Assembly (NCBI GenBank): GCA_016296065.1
Contig: JAEDKA010000001.1
Location: forward strand, 68,591-132,590
Source: Kiritimatiellia bacterium
Lineage (GTDB): Bacteria > Verrucomicrobiota > Kiritimatiellia > RFP12 > UBA1067
Direction of reading: 5' to 3'
Length of the DNA: 64,000 nucleotides
Shown: piece by piece, positions 26,060 through 35,648 of the stretch
Layout: each line of letters begins with the position of its first letter
Position numbering within the stretch: the first letter of the stretch is position 1
Notes under the pieces: generated by a model
What the model was told of the DNA's origin: nothing
Databases searched by the model: none
Seen by the model: only the letters and a program-made list of their open reading frames with translations
Made by a program: the position numbers and the translations under genes

Positions 26060-28291
26060 ATGAGAGACATAAATTCGTTGCTGGGTTGCGCTTTCCTGTT
26101 TGGCGCGATCTCCTTTGCCCTTGCCGCAAACGCGGCGGATGTCGAAGTGACGTTCTATGCGCCATCGATCGCGCGAATCGTGCGCGCTCCAAGCGGCGAG
26201 GTCGTCAAGAAGGCCGACATCGTCACGGCAAAGCCGCAGAAGGTGAAGATGTCCGTGCTGGAGAACGACGACGCCAAGACCTGGAAGAGCGCTGCGCTTT
26301 CCGTGCGGCTCGACAAGAAGACGGGTGCGCTCTCTTTCCTCGGCGCGGACGGCTCGGTCATGCTCGAAGAAGCTGGTCCCGCCAAGTTCAAGCAGGAAAC
26401 GTACAAGGGCGGCTACACGGCGACGAAGGTCTCTCAGAAGTGGAAGATCGCGAAGGACGCGCCTGTGTACGGACTCGGCAGCGTGCAGAACGGACGCCTC
26501 GACCAGCGCAACGCCGGCCGCTTGAGGCTGCAGCCCGAGAACTGCGACGACGGCATTCCGTTCCTCTGCGGCATCGGCGGATGGGGCGTGTACTGGGACA
26601 ACGTGTCCGTGACTTGGTATTCGACGGATGCGACGAGCGTCGGCTTCTCGAGCGACGTCGGCGACGCGGAGGACTACTACTTCATCGCGGGCGGCTCGCT
26701 CGACGGCGTCGTAGGCGCGATGCGACATCTGACGGGGAAGGTTCCGATGAACGCGCTCTGGAGCTACGGCTTCTGGCAGAGCCGCGAGCGCTACACCGAC
26801 TGCGGCAAGCTCCTCGAGGTCCTGCGCCGCTACAGGAAGGACGGAGTGCCGATGGACGGAATCATCCAGGACTGGCAGTACTGGGGCGACAACGCCCATT
26901 GGAACGCGATGGCGTTCCTCAATCCGGGCTTCGCGGACGCGCAGGCGATGATTGACGAGGTGCATGCCTCGAACTGCCACTTCATCATCTCCATCTGGTG
27001 CAGCTTCGGACCCGAGACGGCGGCCTATGCCGACCTTGAGAAGGCGGGTGCGCTCCTCGACCTGCCTACATACCCGGACAAGTCGAAGCCCTACGACTGC
27101 TACAGCGCGGAGGCGCGCGAGATCTGCTGGAAGCACGCCGCGAAGCTCTACGGCTACGGACTCGACGGCTGGTGGATGGACTCGACCGAGCCGGAGCCGT
27201 GGGGGCAGGGTGAGCACCACAACGACATCCCGTGTTCGCTCGGTCGCTACCGCGACGTCAGGCTCGCCTATCCATTCTACGCAATCCGCAACATCCACGA
27301 CCACACCAAGGCCGCGCGTCCCGACCGCCGCGTGTTCATCCTTACGCGCTCCGCCTCGGCCGGACTCCAGCGCACCGGTGCGCACACGTGGAGCGGCGAC
27401 ACCAAGTGCACGTGGGAGGCGCTCAGGAAGCAGATTCCGTGCGGACTCAACTTCGCGCTTTCCGGAAACCCCAACTGGAGCGGCGACCTCGGCGGCTTCA
27501 GCGGTCCGAAGCGCGAGACTTTCGGCGAGCTCTACGCGCGCTGGATGCAGTACGGCGTCTTCCAGCCGATGATGCGCAGCCACGGCTCGGGCATGGCGCG
27601 CGAACTCTATTTCTTCGGCAAACCGGGCGAGCCGCTCTACGATTCGCTTCTTGCGTCCGTGAAGCTCCGCTACCGCCTACTCCCGCGCATCTATTCGATC
27701 GCGCACGAGGCGTATGCGTCGAACATGTCGTTCATGCGTCCGCTCGTGGCCGAGTTTCCGGAGGACCGCCGCACATGGGACGAGAAGGGCTCTTTCCTCT
27801 TCGGACGCGACATCCTCGTCGCGCCGGTAACGTCCTCGAATGTAACGTCCGTCGCGACGTACCTGCCGCAGGGCGCGAACTGGTACAACTACTTCACGGG
27901 CGAGCGCGTGAAGGGCGGTGCGGAGCACGAGATGAAGACCGACCTCTCGAACTTCCCGTTGTATGTCCGCGCCGGCGCGATTCTCGTCGACGGACCTGAC
28001 GTGCAGTATGTCGGCGAGAAGCCGTGGAATGATCTCGCGGTTACGGTCTATCCGGGCGCGAACGGATCCTTCGAACTCTACGAGGACGCGGGCGATGGGT
28101 ACAAGTACGAGAAGGGCGAGTTCACGACGATCGGCTTCTCGTGGAATGACAAGACCAAGACATTGACCATCGGCGCGTGCAAGGGTGCCTATCCCGGCAT
28201 GCTCAAGGCCCGGACTTTCCGCGTGAAGACTCTCGGCGGTGCCGAGAAGACCGTGAAGTACAGCGGGAAGGCCGTCAAGGTTTCATTGTAA
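26060..28291 (+). CDS. GH31 alpha-glucosidase / alpha-xylosidase
   Basis: 743-aa ORF with a signal peptide. Motifs are KVPMNALWSYGFWQSRERY, GIIQDWQYWG, GWWMDSTEPE and FILTRSASAGLQR. Confidence 0.9.
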   Translation: MRDINSLLGCAFLFGAISFALAANAADVEVTFYAPSIARIVRAPSGEVVKKADIVTAKPQKVKMSVLENDDAKTWKSAALSVRLDKKTGALSFLGADGSVMLEEAGPAKFKQETYKGGYTATKVSQKWKIAKDAPVYGLGSVQNGRLDQRNAGRLRLQPENCDDGIPFLCGIGGWGVYWDNVSVTWYSTDATSVGFSSDVGDAEDYYFIAGGSLDGVVGAMRHLTGKVPMNALWSYGFWQSRERYTDCGKLLEVLRRYRKDGVPMDGIIQDWQYWGDNAHWNAMAFLNPGFADAQAMIDEVHASNCHFIISIWCSFGPETAAYADLEKAGALLDLPTYPDKSKPYDCYSAEAREICWKHAAKLYGYGLDGWWMDSTEPEPWGQGEHHNDIPCSLGRYRDVRLAYPFYAIRNIHDHTKAARPDRRVFILTRSASAGLQRTGAHTWSGDTKCTWEALRKQIPCGLNFALSGNPNWSGDLGGFSGPKRETFGELYARWMQYGVFQPMMRSHGSGMARELYFFGKPGEPLYDSLLASVKLRYRLLPRIYSIAHEAYASNMSFMRPLVAEFPEDRRTWDEKGSFLFGRDILVAPVTSSNVTSVATYLPQGANWYNYFTGERVKGGAEHEMKTDLSNFPLYVRAGAILVDGPDVQYVGEKPWNDLAVTVYPGANGSFELYEDAGDGYKYEKGEFTTIGFSWNDKTKTLTIGACKGAYPGMLKARTFRVKTLGGAEKTVKYSGKAVKVSL

Positions 28292-28309
28292 TCAGACAAA
28301 AGGGACATC

Positions 28310-30496
28310 ATGAGAAAAACTGCAGTTGTGTTGGCGGTGGCGGCGGTTGCCGCCGGCGTTGGTGCCGTTCCGAACGACGCGCGTCGCGCGGAGGCGGAGA
28401 AGGAGGCGAGGGCCGTTCTCGAAAAGCTGACGCCGGATGAGAAGGTCCAGATGCTCATGATGGACAATCCCGAGATCAAGCGCATCGGCATCCCGCGCTT
28501 CCACTGGTGGAGCGAGGCGCTGCACGGGTACGCGCGGAGCGGACTCGCGACGGTGTTCCCGCAGGCGATCGGCGCGGCGGCGACGTTCGACGACGAGCTC
28601 GAGCTAAGGATGGCGGATGCGATTTCGACCGAGGCGCGCGCTAAGGTGAACCTGTACCGCGCCCAGGGCGAGCGCGGCGGGAACCACTGCCTTTCGCTGT
28701 GGAGCCCGAACGTCAACATGGACCGCGATCCGCGATGGGGGCGCGGGCAGGAGACGTTCGGCGAGGACCCATACCTCACCTCGCGCATGGGCGTCGCGTT
28801 CGTGAAGGGCATTCAGGGCGACGATCCGAAGTACCTGAAGGCCGTCGCGTGCGCGAAGCACTACGCCGTCCACTCCGGTCCCGAGAAGAAGCGCCACGAG
28901 TTCAACGTGAACCTCGACGACCGCGATCTCTACGAATACTACCTCCCGGCGTTCAAGGCGCTCGTGAAGGAGGCGAAGGTCGAGAGCGTGATGGGCGCGT
29001 ATTCGGCGGTCAACGGCGTCCCGTGCTGCGCGAACAAGCGGCTTCTCGTCGACATCCTGCGCGGCGAGTGGGGCTTCCGGGGAACCGTCGTCAGCGATGT
29101 CGGAGCAGTCGACGACATCTGGAAGAACCACAAGTACAGGAAGAACGCGGTCGAGGGCGACCTTGCGGCGATCGAAGGCGGACTCGACCTCTGCAGCGAG
29201 GCCACGTACCACCACATGCGCGGCCCTGTAAAAGAGGGCAAGATCGACCCCGCGATCTTCGACAAGCCGCTCATGCACATCCTCACCACGCGCGCGCTGC
29301 TCGGCGACCTCGACCCCAAGGCGAAGACGCCATGGGACAACCTCGGCGAGAAGGACGTCAACAACGCGAAGCACAAGGCCATCGCGCTCGAGTGCGCGGA
29401 GAAGTCGATCGTGCTTTTGAAGAACGACGGCGTGCTGCCCCTCGACGCCTCCAAGCTCAAGCGCCTCGACGTCACCGGGCGCTCTCGCGAGGAGCACATC
29501 CTCATGGGCAACTACAACGGCGAGCCGGCCGACGCCGTGACGATTCTCAAGGGCTTCCTGCGCGAACTCGGGTCGGGCGTGTTCATCGACACGACGAGCG
29601 ACTCCGATCCGCTCGTGCGCGTCATCGGACTCTGCCCGATCGACGAAGGCGAAGACCGCGACCGCAAGGACATCGGCATGTGGCCGCAGCAGCTCAAGGA
29701 ACTGCGCAGGGACCGCCAGCGCCGTCCCGAGAGGAAGATCATCGCCGTTGTTCCCGGCGGCAGCGCGATGGACCTGCGCGAAGTGTGCGAACTCTGCGAC
29801 GCGGTCCTCGTATGCTGGTATCCGGGCGAGCTCGGCGGCACCGCGGTCGCGCGCACCGTCGTCGGAAAGAACAATCCATCCGGCAGGCTCCCAGTCACGT
29901 TCTACCGCAACCCCGGCAAGATGCCCGACTTCGAGGACTACACCCTGCCCGGGCGCACCTACCTCTACACCGACCAGAACGTGCTGTATCCGTTCGGCTA
30001 CGGGCTCAGCTACACTACGTTCGCCTACAATGGCATAAAGGCGGACACGCGCAACCTTCCCAAGACCACGGCGGCGGTGGAGATAGACCCCGACTTCTCG
30101 ATTCGCCGCGACGAGGCGGGGCAGAGCCAGTCCGACGCCGGCGAGAAGCGTCCGAAGCAGGCCGCCGCTCCCGTGGCGCCCTCCGCCCCGATGCTGACGG
30201 TCTCGATCGACGTCGAGAACACCGGCGCCGTTGCGGGCGACGAAGTCGTGCAGCTCTACGTCCGCTCGCCCGAGGATTCCGGCGACCGCCGCATCCACCA
30301 CCTCGAGGGCTTCAAGCGCGTCTCGCTCAAGCCCGGCGAGAAGAAGCGTGTGTCGTTCGCGCTCACGGCCGGACAGCTGGCGCAGTTCGGAAAGGACGGA
30401 CGCCAGACACTTGCGAAGGGCGTCTACCGCATATTCGTCGGCGGCGGGCAGCCAGGGTACTGCGACAACACGAAGTGCATCATGGTAGAACTGTAA
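28310..30496 (+). CDS. GH3 beta-glucosidase / beta-xylosidase (BglX-like), paralog set member 1
   Basis: 728-aa ORF. Motifs are PRFHWWSEALHGYARSGLATVFPQAIG, RDPRWGRGQETFGEDP, GTVVSDVGAV and FPFGYGLSYTTF. It carries a low-complexity insert of about 45 aa (about 30045-30190) that the three paralogs lack. Confidence 0.92.
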   Translation: MRKTAVVLAVAAVAAGVGAVPNDARRAEAEKEARAVLEKLTPDEKVQMLMMDNPEIKRIGIPRFHWWSEALHGYARSGLATVFPQAIGAAATFDDELELRMADAISTEARAKVNLYRAQGERGGNHCLSLWSPNVNMDRDPRWGRGQETFGEDPYLTSRMGVAFVKGIQGDDPKYLKAVACAKHYAVHSGPEKKRHEFNVNLDDRDLYEYYLPAFKALVKEAKVESVMGAYSAVNGVPCCANKRLLVDILRGEWGFRGTVVSDVGAVDDIWKNHKYRKNAVEGDLAAIEGGLDLCSEATYHHMRGPVKEGKIDPAIFDKPLMHILTTRALLGDLDPKAKTPWDNLGEKDVNNAKHKAIALECAEKSIVLLKNDGVLPLDASKLKRLDVTGRSREEHILMGNYNGEPADAVTILKGFLRELGSGVFIDTTSDSDPLVRVIGLCPIDEGEDRDRKDIGMWPQQLKELRRDRQRRPERKIIAVVPGGSAMDLREVCELCDAVLVCWYPGELGGTAVARTVVGKNNPSGRLPVTFYRNPGKMPDFEDYTLPGRTYLYTDQNVLYPFGYGLSYTTFAYNGIKADTRNLPKTTAAVEIDPDFSIRRDEAGQSQSDAGEKRPKQAAAPVAPSAPMLTVSIDVENTGAVAGDEVVQLYVRSPEDSGDRRIHHLEGFKRVSLKPGEKKRVSFALTAGQLAQFGKDGRQTLAKGVYRIFVGGGQPGYCDNTKCIMVEL

Positions 30497-30509
30497 GGAG
30501 CTTCTGAAA

Positions 30510-32561
30510 ATGAACAAGATTGCCATTTCCGTTTCCGTCGCCGCGGCTGCGGCGCAGCTTCTCGCGGTTCCGTCCGACGCGCGACGCGACGAGTGCGAGG
30601 CCCGTGCGCGGGAAATCGTCGCGCAACAGACGGCGATGGACTGCGTCGCCTTCCTCGGGGGATGCCCTCCGGCGAGGCCGCAGTTCGGTATTCCGCGCTA
30701 TTCGTTCTGGAACGAGGCGCTCCACGGCATCGCGAGGTGCGGACTCGCCACGGTCTTCCCGCAGACGATCGGCCGCGCGGCGACATTCGACACGGCGCTG
30801 GAGCGTGAGGTGGCGGATGCCATCGCGATAGAGGCGCGCGCGAAGTACAACCTCTTCCGCGCGAAGGAGCTCTTCGATCTCTACACGGGCCTCACGCTGT
30901 GGAGTCCTAACGTCAACATGTTCCGCGACCCTCGCTGGGGCCGCGGACAGGAGACGTTCGGCGAGGACCCGTACCTCGCCGCGCGCATGGGCGTCGAGTT
31001 CGTGAAGGGGCTTCAGGGCGACGATCCCAACTTCCTGATGACCGCAGCCTGCGCGAAGCACTACGCCGTCCATTCAGGCCCAGAGGCGAAGCGTCACGGC
31101 TTCAACGTCAACATCGACAAGCGCGACCTCTACGAGTACTACCTCCCCGCGTTCAAGGCGCTCGTCCAGGAGGCGAAGGTCGAGAGCGTGATGGGCGCGT
31201 ACTCGGCGGTCAACGGCGTTCCGTGCTGCGCGAGCAAGTATCTTCTCAGGGACATCCTCCGCGACGAGTGGGGCTTTAGGGGGCACGTCGTGAGCGACGT
31301 CGGCGCGTGCACCGACGTCTGGACGCAGCACAAGTACACAAAGGACGCGCTCTCCGCCGCGCTTGCGTGCATCGACGGCGGACTCGACCTCTGCAACGAC
31401 GGCACGTACGGTCCGCTTCGCCCGGCCATCGAGCGCGGCGAGGTGAAGAAGGAAAGGCTTGAGCAGCCCGTCGTGAACCTCCTCACGACGCGGCTGCTGC
31501 TCGGGAACATCGGCAACGCGAAGACGCCGTGGGACGGCCTCGGCGAGAAGGACATCGCGACGAAGGAGCACATAGACCTCGCGCTAAGGTGCGCGGAGAA
31601 GTCGTTCGTGCTCCTCAAGAACAACGGCGTCCTTCCGCTCGACCGCGCCAAGTGCCGCCGCATTCAGATGTGGGGCCGCTACAAGGACGAGACGGCGCTT
31701 CTCGGCAACTACAACGGACAGCCCGGCGACCCGCTGTCGATCTACCGCGCCTTCCTGCGCGAGCTCGGCCCTGGCGCGCTCGTCGAGGAGGGACACGGCG
31801 GAGACGTGACGCTCGCCTGCATCGGGCTCACGCCCGCAGACGAGGGCGAGGGCGGGGACCGCAAGCACATCAACCTCAAGGACGACCAGCTCAAGACGCT
31901 CAGGAAGGACCGCAAGGAGCGTCCGAACCAGAAGATCGTCTCCATCGTGTTCGGCGGCAGCTGCGTCGACCTGCGCGAAGTCGCCGAGCTTTCGGACGCG
32001 GTGCTGTTCATCTGGTATCCGGGCGAGCAGTGCGGCAAGGCGGTGTACAGGACGCTCTTCGGGATGAACAACCCGGGCGGACGTCTCCCCGTCACTTTCT
32101 ACGCGGACAACGCGAAGCTCCCCGACTTCGAGGACTACAAGCTCCCCGGACACACGTACCTCTACGGAGAGGAGAACGTGTTCTATCCGTTCGGCTACGG
32201 GCTCAGCTACACGACGTTCGGGTATGACGGACTCAAGGTCGCGAAGTCGAACGGCGGCGTCACGGCAACGGTCAAGGTCACGAACACCGGAAAGGTTGCG
32301 GGCGACGAAGTGGTGCAGCTATATGTCCGCTCGCCCAAGAATTCCGGCGACCGCCGCCGCCATCATCTCGAGGGCTTCAAGCGCGTGAGCCTCAAGCCTG
32401 GCGAGTCGAAGACTGTCTCGTTTACGCTCAAGCCCGAGCAGCTGATGCAGTTCGGCATGGACGGAAAGCAGTCGCTCGCGAAGGGCGAGTACGAGTTCTT
32501 CGTCGGCGGCGGACAGCCCGGCTTCACCGACGGCGTCCAGTCGGCCAGACTGAACTTCTGA
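30510..32561 (+). CDS. GH3 beta-glucosidase / beta-xylosidase (BglX-like), paralog set member 2
   Basis: 683-aa ORF starting 13 nt after the previous stop. It has the same motif set (SFWNEALHGIARCGLATVFPQTIG, RDPRWGRGQETFGEDP, HVVSDVGAC). Confidence 0.92.
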   Translation: MNKIAISVSVAAAAAQLLAVPSDARRDECEARAREIVAQQTAMDCVAFLGGCPPARPQFGIPRYSFWNEALHGIARCGLATVFPQTIGRAATFDTALEREVADAIAIEARAKYNLFRAKELFDLYTGLTLWSPNVNMFRDPRWGRGQETFGEDPYLAARMGVEFVKGLQGDDPNFLMTAACAKHYAVHSGPEAKRHGFNVNIDKRDLYEYYLPAFKALVQEAKVESVMGAYSAVNGVPCCASKYLLRDILRDEWGFRGHVVSDVGACTDVWTQHKYTKDALSAALACIDGGLDLCNDGTYGPLRPAIERGEVKKERLEQPVVNLLTTRLLLGNIGNAKTPWDGLGEKDIATKEHIDLALRCAEKSFVLLKNNGVLPLDRAKCRRIQMWGRYKDETALLGNYNGQPGDPLSIYRAFLRELGPGALVEEGHGGDVTLACIGLTPADEGEGGDRKHINLKDDQLKTLRKDRKERPNQKIVSIVFGGSCVDLREVAELSDAVLFIWYPGEQCGKAVYRTLFGMNNPGGRLPVTFYADNAKLPDFEDYKLPGHTYLYGEENVFYPFGYGLSYTTFGYDGLKVAKSNGGVTATVKVTNTGKVAGDEVVQLYVRSPKNSGDRRRHHLEGFKRVSLKPGESKTVSFTLKPEQLMQFGMDGKQSLAKGEYEFFVGGGQPGFTDGVQSARLNF

Positions 32562-32574
32562 TTATGTCGTTGAC

Positions 32575-35340
32575 ATGGAAGTCCAGTGCCGTAAGTTCAG
32601 GTTTCTCCATTGGCATGTGGCTCTCGCCCTATTGCCGTTCCTGCTACCAGCGGCAGTGGCCGCCACTGCCGAGCCGCGGATTCAGGCTCGCGTGGCAGTT
32701 CCGTCGGCGGGAATGGCGTCTGACGACCTGATCGTCTACACGGCCGACGCATGCGAATTCGGCGCGGACCGGACGGGCGCAAAGGACTCGACGGAGGCGA
32801 TAAAGTCCGCGATAAAGGCCTGCCACGAGGCGCAGGGCGGCACGGTGTTCCTTCCGGCGGGACGCTACCGCGTGGAGGGGACGCTGGAGCTTCCCGATGG
32901 CGTAACGCTCCGCGGCGAGTGGATGCGCCCCGACAAGGGCGGCGCGGGGAAGGGCACGATCCTCATGGCGTATTCGGGGCGCGGAACGGAGAAGCCGGAC
33001 GACGGCGCGTTCATAACGGTGCGCGGTGCGACGACGCTGCGCGACCTGTCGATATGGTATCCTGAGCAGAAGGCCGACGCGCCGGTACCGTATCCCGCGA
33101 CGATCCGCGGACGCGGACATTCCACGGTCTACAACATTACGCTCTACAATTCCTGGACGGGCTTCTGGAACAACAACTGCTCGTCCATGCTCGTCAGGCG
33201 GCTCTACGGAACGGCGCTGAAGCTCGGCGTGCATGGCGCGTACGCATACGACGTACCGCGAATCGAACACGTTTCGCTTTCGCCGAAGTACTGGTCCGAA
33301 AGCGGGCTCCCCGGCGCGCCGAAGGGCACGACGCTAGCAAATCTGAAGACGTACCTGCAGAAGAACCTCGTCGGAATCATGTGCGGTGAGCAGGACTGGG
33401 GTTACTGGTGGGATATCGACATAGACTGGTGCCAGAAGGGCCTGCTCATAACCGCAGTCCCGTCCGACGATGGAAAGCTCCTCAACACCGGCAACGTTGC
33501 GGCTGGAAATGTGCGGATACGCAATGCGGGAGTCGGCGTGTTTCTCGAGAACCCTGGATATCCCTGCTTTATGCTCACCGGAAGCGACGTGTCGGCGCGG
33601 GTGTGTCCGATTTACTTCGGGGCGAAGCCCGATTATTCCGAGGCGATTGCGCGCGGCGTAAAGCCGTGGTACCAGTCCGATACCTCGCTTGTCGTCTCGG
33701 ACACTGTTCTCAGGGGCGGAAAGTACTCCGTCGGCTCCGCGAAGATCGGACCCTACGCAATCAGCCTGAAGGACTGCACTTTCACTGGTTACGCGAATGC
33801 AGCAGTGAGGTCTGCGGCCGGAAACATCGTCGTCGCGCGCTGCCGCTTCGACGAGCAAAAGGCCGCGGCCTACGAGATGGGCGAGAAGGTCGATCAGCTT
33901 GTGCTTTCTGGGAATTCCTACAAGGGGCCGTCCGCCGTCGGCGGATGGGAGGCGGACGATCCGCGCATAATCCGCGACGAGCCGTCGAAGGCCGTCCCCG
34001 CCGCTATTAAGTACGCCTTCGACCACACGCCGCACGGGAAGCCCGCTTCGTCGAAGATATGGGACGTCACCGATTTCGGTGCGGCGCGCGGAACTTTCAG
34101 GGAACTTCCGAAGGAGGACTCCACCGCGGCGTTCCAGAAGGCGCTCGACGCGGCTGGCGCGGCGAAGGGCGGCACGGTGTATGTTCCGTCCGGATCGTAC
34201 AAGCTCTTCGGCGGCGTGAAGGTTCCGCCTGGCGTGGAGCTGCGCGGATCCTTCGAAGGCGCGCACTACGGAAACGCGACGATGCGCGGAACGATGCTCT
34301 GGGCGATAGGCGGGAAGGACAAGCCGGACGACGCACCGCTCGTGACGCTATCGCGCGGCTCGGGTGTGAGGGGAATCACCGTGTACTATCCGCACCAGGG
34401 ATGGAGTGACCTGCCCGAAGTCGAGGACCGCATCCGCGTCAAGAAGTATCCGCCCACCGTCCGCGCCGCCGCGCAGTCGTGGATTCGCGACTGCACGTTC
34501 ATCGGCTCGTGGACCGCGATCGACGCGATGACGGCGAAGTGCGACGGAATCGAAATCGCGGACGTGACGGGCGCGGCGCTCGGAACGACGCTCGAGATCG
34601 GACACGGCACGACGGGCGGAACGGTCCGCGACCTGCACTTCAACTTCTCCGGCTGGGGGCACCAGGGCGGATTCCCCAACCACCCCGGCAACAAGACCGA
34701 GGGCGAGCGGCTCTGCGACTTCTCGTCGCGCGTCACGCGCGGAATAGTCCTGGGCGACGTGAAGAAGTGCGACTTCTTCTCCTGCTTCAACATCAACGTT
34801 GCCGAGCAGCTCGTCCTGGAACGCGACCGGTACACTGGCGGATCGTTCCGCGGCAAGATGTGGGGCGTCGCGTTCGACGCTGCGCGGGACGGCGTAATAG
34901 GACGCGCGGGAAGCGACGCGGTGATAGGGCTCGTCGCGTCGATGGGCGTCTTCTTCCGCCAGGGCGGAGGACATTATGCCGTGACGGAGCCGGGCTTTCG
35001 CGGGCGCATAGTGTTCGACGTGGCGGACGTGTGGTCTCCGGCGTCGAAGATCGCCGATGTCCGCGGCGGATCGGTTGCGTTCAATCAGCTCATATCGTGG
35101 TGCTGCTACGAGGCGTCCGCGGAGAAGGGCGGCGATCTTTCCGTTTTTGCGAGTGCGTTCGTCGGCGACCATATGCGTCTTGACAACAAGCTTCCCTGCA
35201 TGCGATTCGGCCTGGGCTCGAAAGGCTCCGCCGCGGCAAACGTCGAGTGCCGGAAGATTCTCACGATAGAATCTGATCCGTCGGCCGACGTCAAAATCGG
35301 CATCAACGGAATCATGAAACAGGCAACCGCAGAAAGATAA
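32575..35340 (+). CDS. Two-lobed beta-helix glycosidase, GH55-like, paralog of 21101-23770
   Basis: 921-aa ORF. It shares long identical runs with CDS 21101-23770 (WYPEQKADAPVPYP, LKLGVHGAYAYD, SPKYWSESGLPGAPKG) and has the same duplicated FGA.R...STAA.QKALDAA...GGTVYVP motif. Confidence 0.8.
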   Translation: MEVQCRKFRFLHWHVALALLPFLLPAAVAATAEPRIQARVAVPSAGMASDDLIVYTADACEFGADRTGAKDSTEAIKSAIKACHEAQGGTVFLPAGRYRVEGTLELPDGVTLRGEWMRPDKGGAGKGTILMAYSGRGTEKPDDGAFITVRGATTLRDLSIWYPEQKADAPVPYPATIRGRGHSTVYNITLYNSWTGFWNNNCSSMLVRRLYGTALKLGVHGAYAYDVPRIEHVSLSPKYWSESGLPGAPKGTTLANLKTYLQKNLVGIMCGEQDWGYWWDIDIDWCQKGLLITAVPSDDGKLLNTGNVAAGNVRIRNAGVGVFLENPGYPCFMLTGSDVSARVCPIYFGAKPDYSEAIARGVKPWYQSDTSLVVSDTVLRGGKYSVGSAKIGPYAISLKDCTFTGYANAAVRSAAGNIVVARCRFDEQKAAAYEMGEKVDQLVLSGNSYKGPSAVGGWEADDPRIIRDEPSKAVPAAIKYAFDHTPHGKPASSKIWDVTDFGAARGTFRELPKEDSTAAFQKALDAAGAAKGGTVYVPSGSYKLFGGVKVPPGVELRGSFEGAHYGNATMRGTMLWAIGGKDKPDDAPLVTLSRGSGVRGITVYYPHQGWSDLPEVEDRIRVKKYPPTVRAAAQSWIRDCTFIGSWTAIDAMTAKCDGIEIADVTGAALGTTLEIGHGTTGGTVRDLHFNFSGWGHQGGFPNHPGNKTEGERLCDFSSRVTRGIVLGDVKKCDFFSCFNINVAEQLVLERDRYTGGSFRGKMWGVAFDAARDGVIGRAGSDAVIGLVASMGVFFRQGGGHYAVTEPGFRGRIVFDVADVWSPASKIADVRGGSVAFNQLISWCCYEASAEKGGDLSVFASAFVGDHMRLDNKLPCMRFGLGSKGSAAANVECRKILTIESDPSADVKIGINGIMKQATAER

Positions 35341-35407
35341 GGTTCTTCAAAGAATTTAGTGGAACAGCATGACTCTACGAAATATAGACTCCGAGCGTTT
35401 GGGCTCC

Positions 35408-35572
35408 CGCTACCGCTCCGCAGCTTCGCACCACTCAACGATTGTATATGTGCCAGGGTAAGCATTTTGGGATGCGACTGCGTCGCATAAATCGGCCGAA
35501 GGCCGCTCTAAACACTGAAAAACTGCGACACCTGATTGTGGTTGAAAAGCGCGAAGCAGTGAAGCGGTAGCG
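35408..35572. ncRNA. Candidate structured RNA or MITE-like inverted-repeat element (unclassified)
   Basis: The outer arms cgctaccgct..gcttcgc (35408-35429) and gcgaagc..agcggtagcg (551-572) pair over about 19 of 21 positions. Inside are tcaac (35435-39) with gttga (35541-45), hairpin atgcgac-tgc-gtcgcat (35472-35488) and hairpin cggcc-gaa-ggccg (35493-35505). An extra gcgac (35525-29) could pair alternatively with gtcgc (35482-86). The element sits in a 308-nt low-GC gap with no convincing ORF. Confidence 0.3.
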
Positions 35573-35597
35573 TGAACCCTAACCGTCGGAGTTATTC

Positions 35598-35603
35598 TAT
35601 AAT
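35598..35603 (+). promoter_or_regulatory. Possible -10 (TATAAT) for CDS 35649-37538, the only operon start lacking the tandem-operator module
   Basis: TATAAT lies at 35598-35603, 45 nt upstream of the ATG, and AAGGAG lies at 35635-35640. There is no TTGCGY/TTCACG unit at the expected -73 to -35 positions. Confidence 0.3.
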
Positions 35604-35648
35604 ACACCACTAATAACTACGAAGAGCCAAAGATAAGGAGATACAGTT

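Noticed and set aside
35527-35560. Possible TPP riboswitch, because of ACCTGAT followed by ...GCGCGAAG.
   Set aside because: Only the ACCUGAU string matches. The expected CUGAGA element and the P4/P5 helix (CUGG...CCAG-type pairing) are absent, and the downstream gene is a glycosidase rather than a thiamine gene.
35410-35610. 66-aa minus-strand ORF and a 30-codon plus-strand ORF (35369-35461) in the 35341-35648 gap.
   Set aside because: Neither has a convincing Shine-Dalgarno sequence, a recognisable motif or typical composition. The region is better explained by nested RNA/DNA secondary structure.
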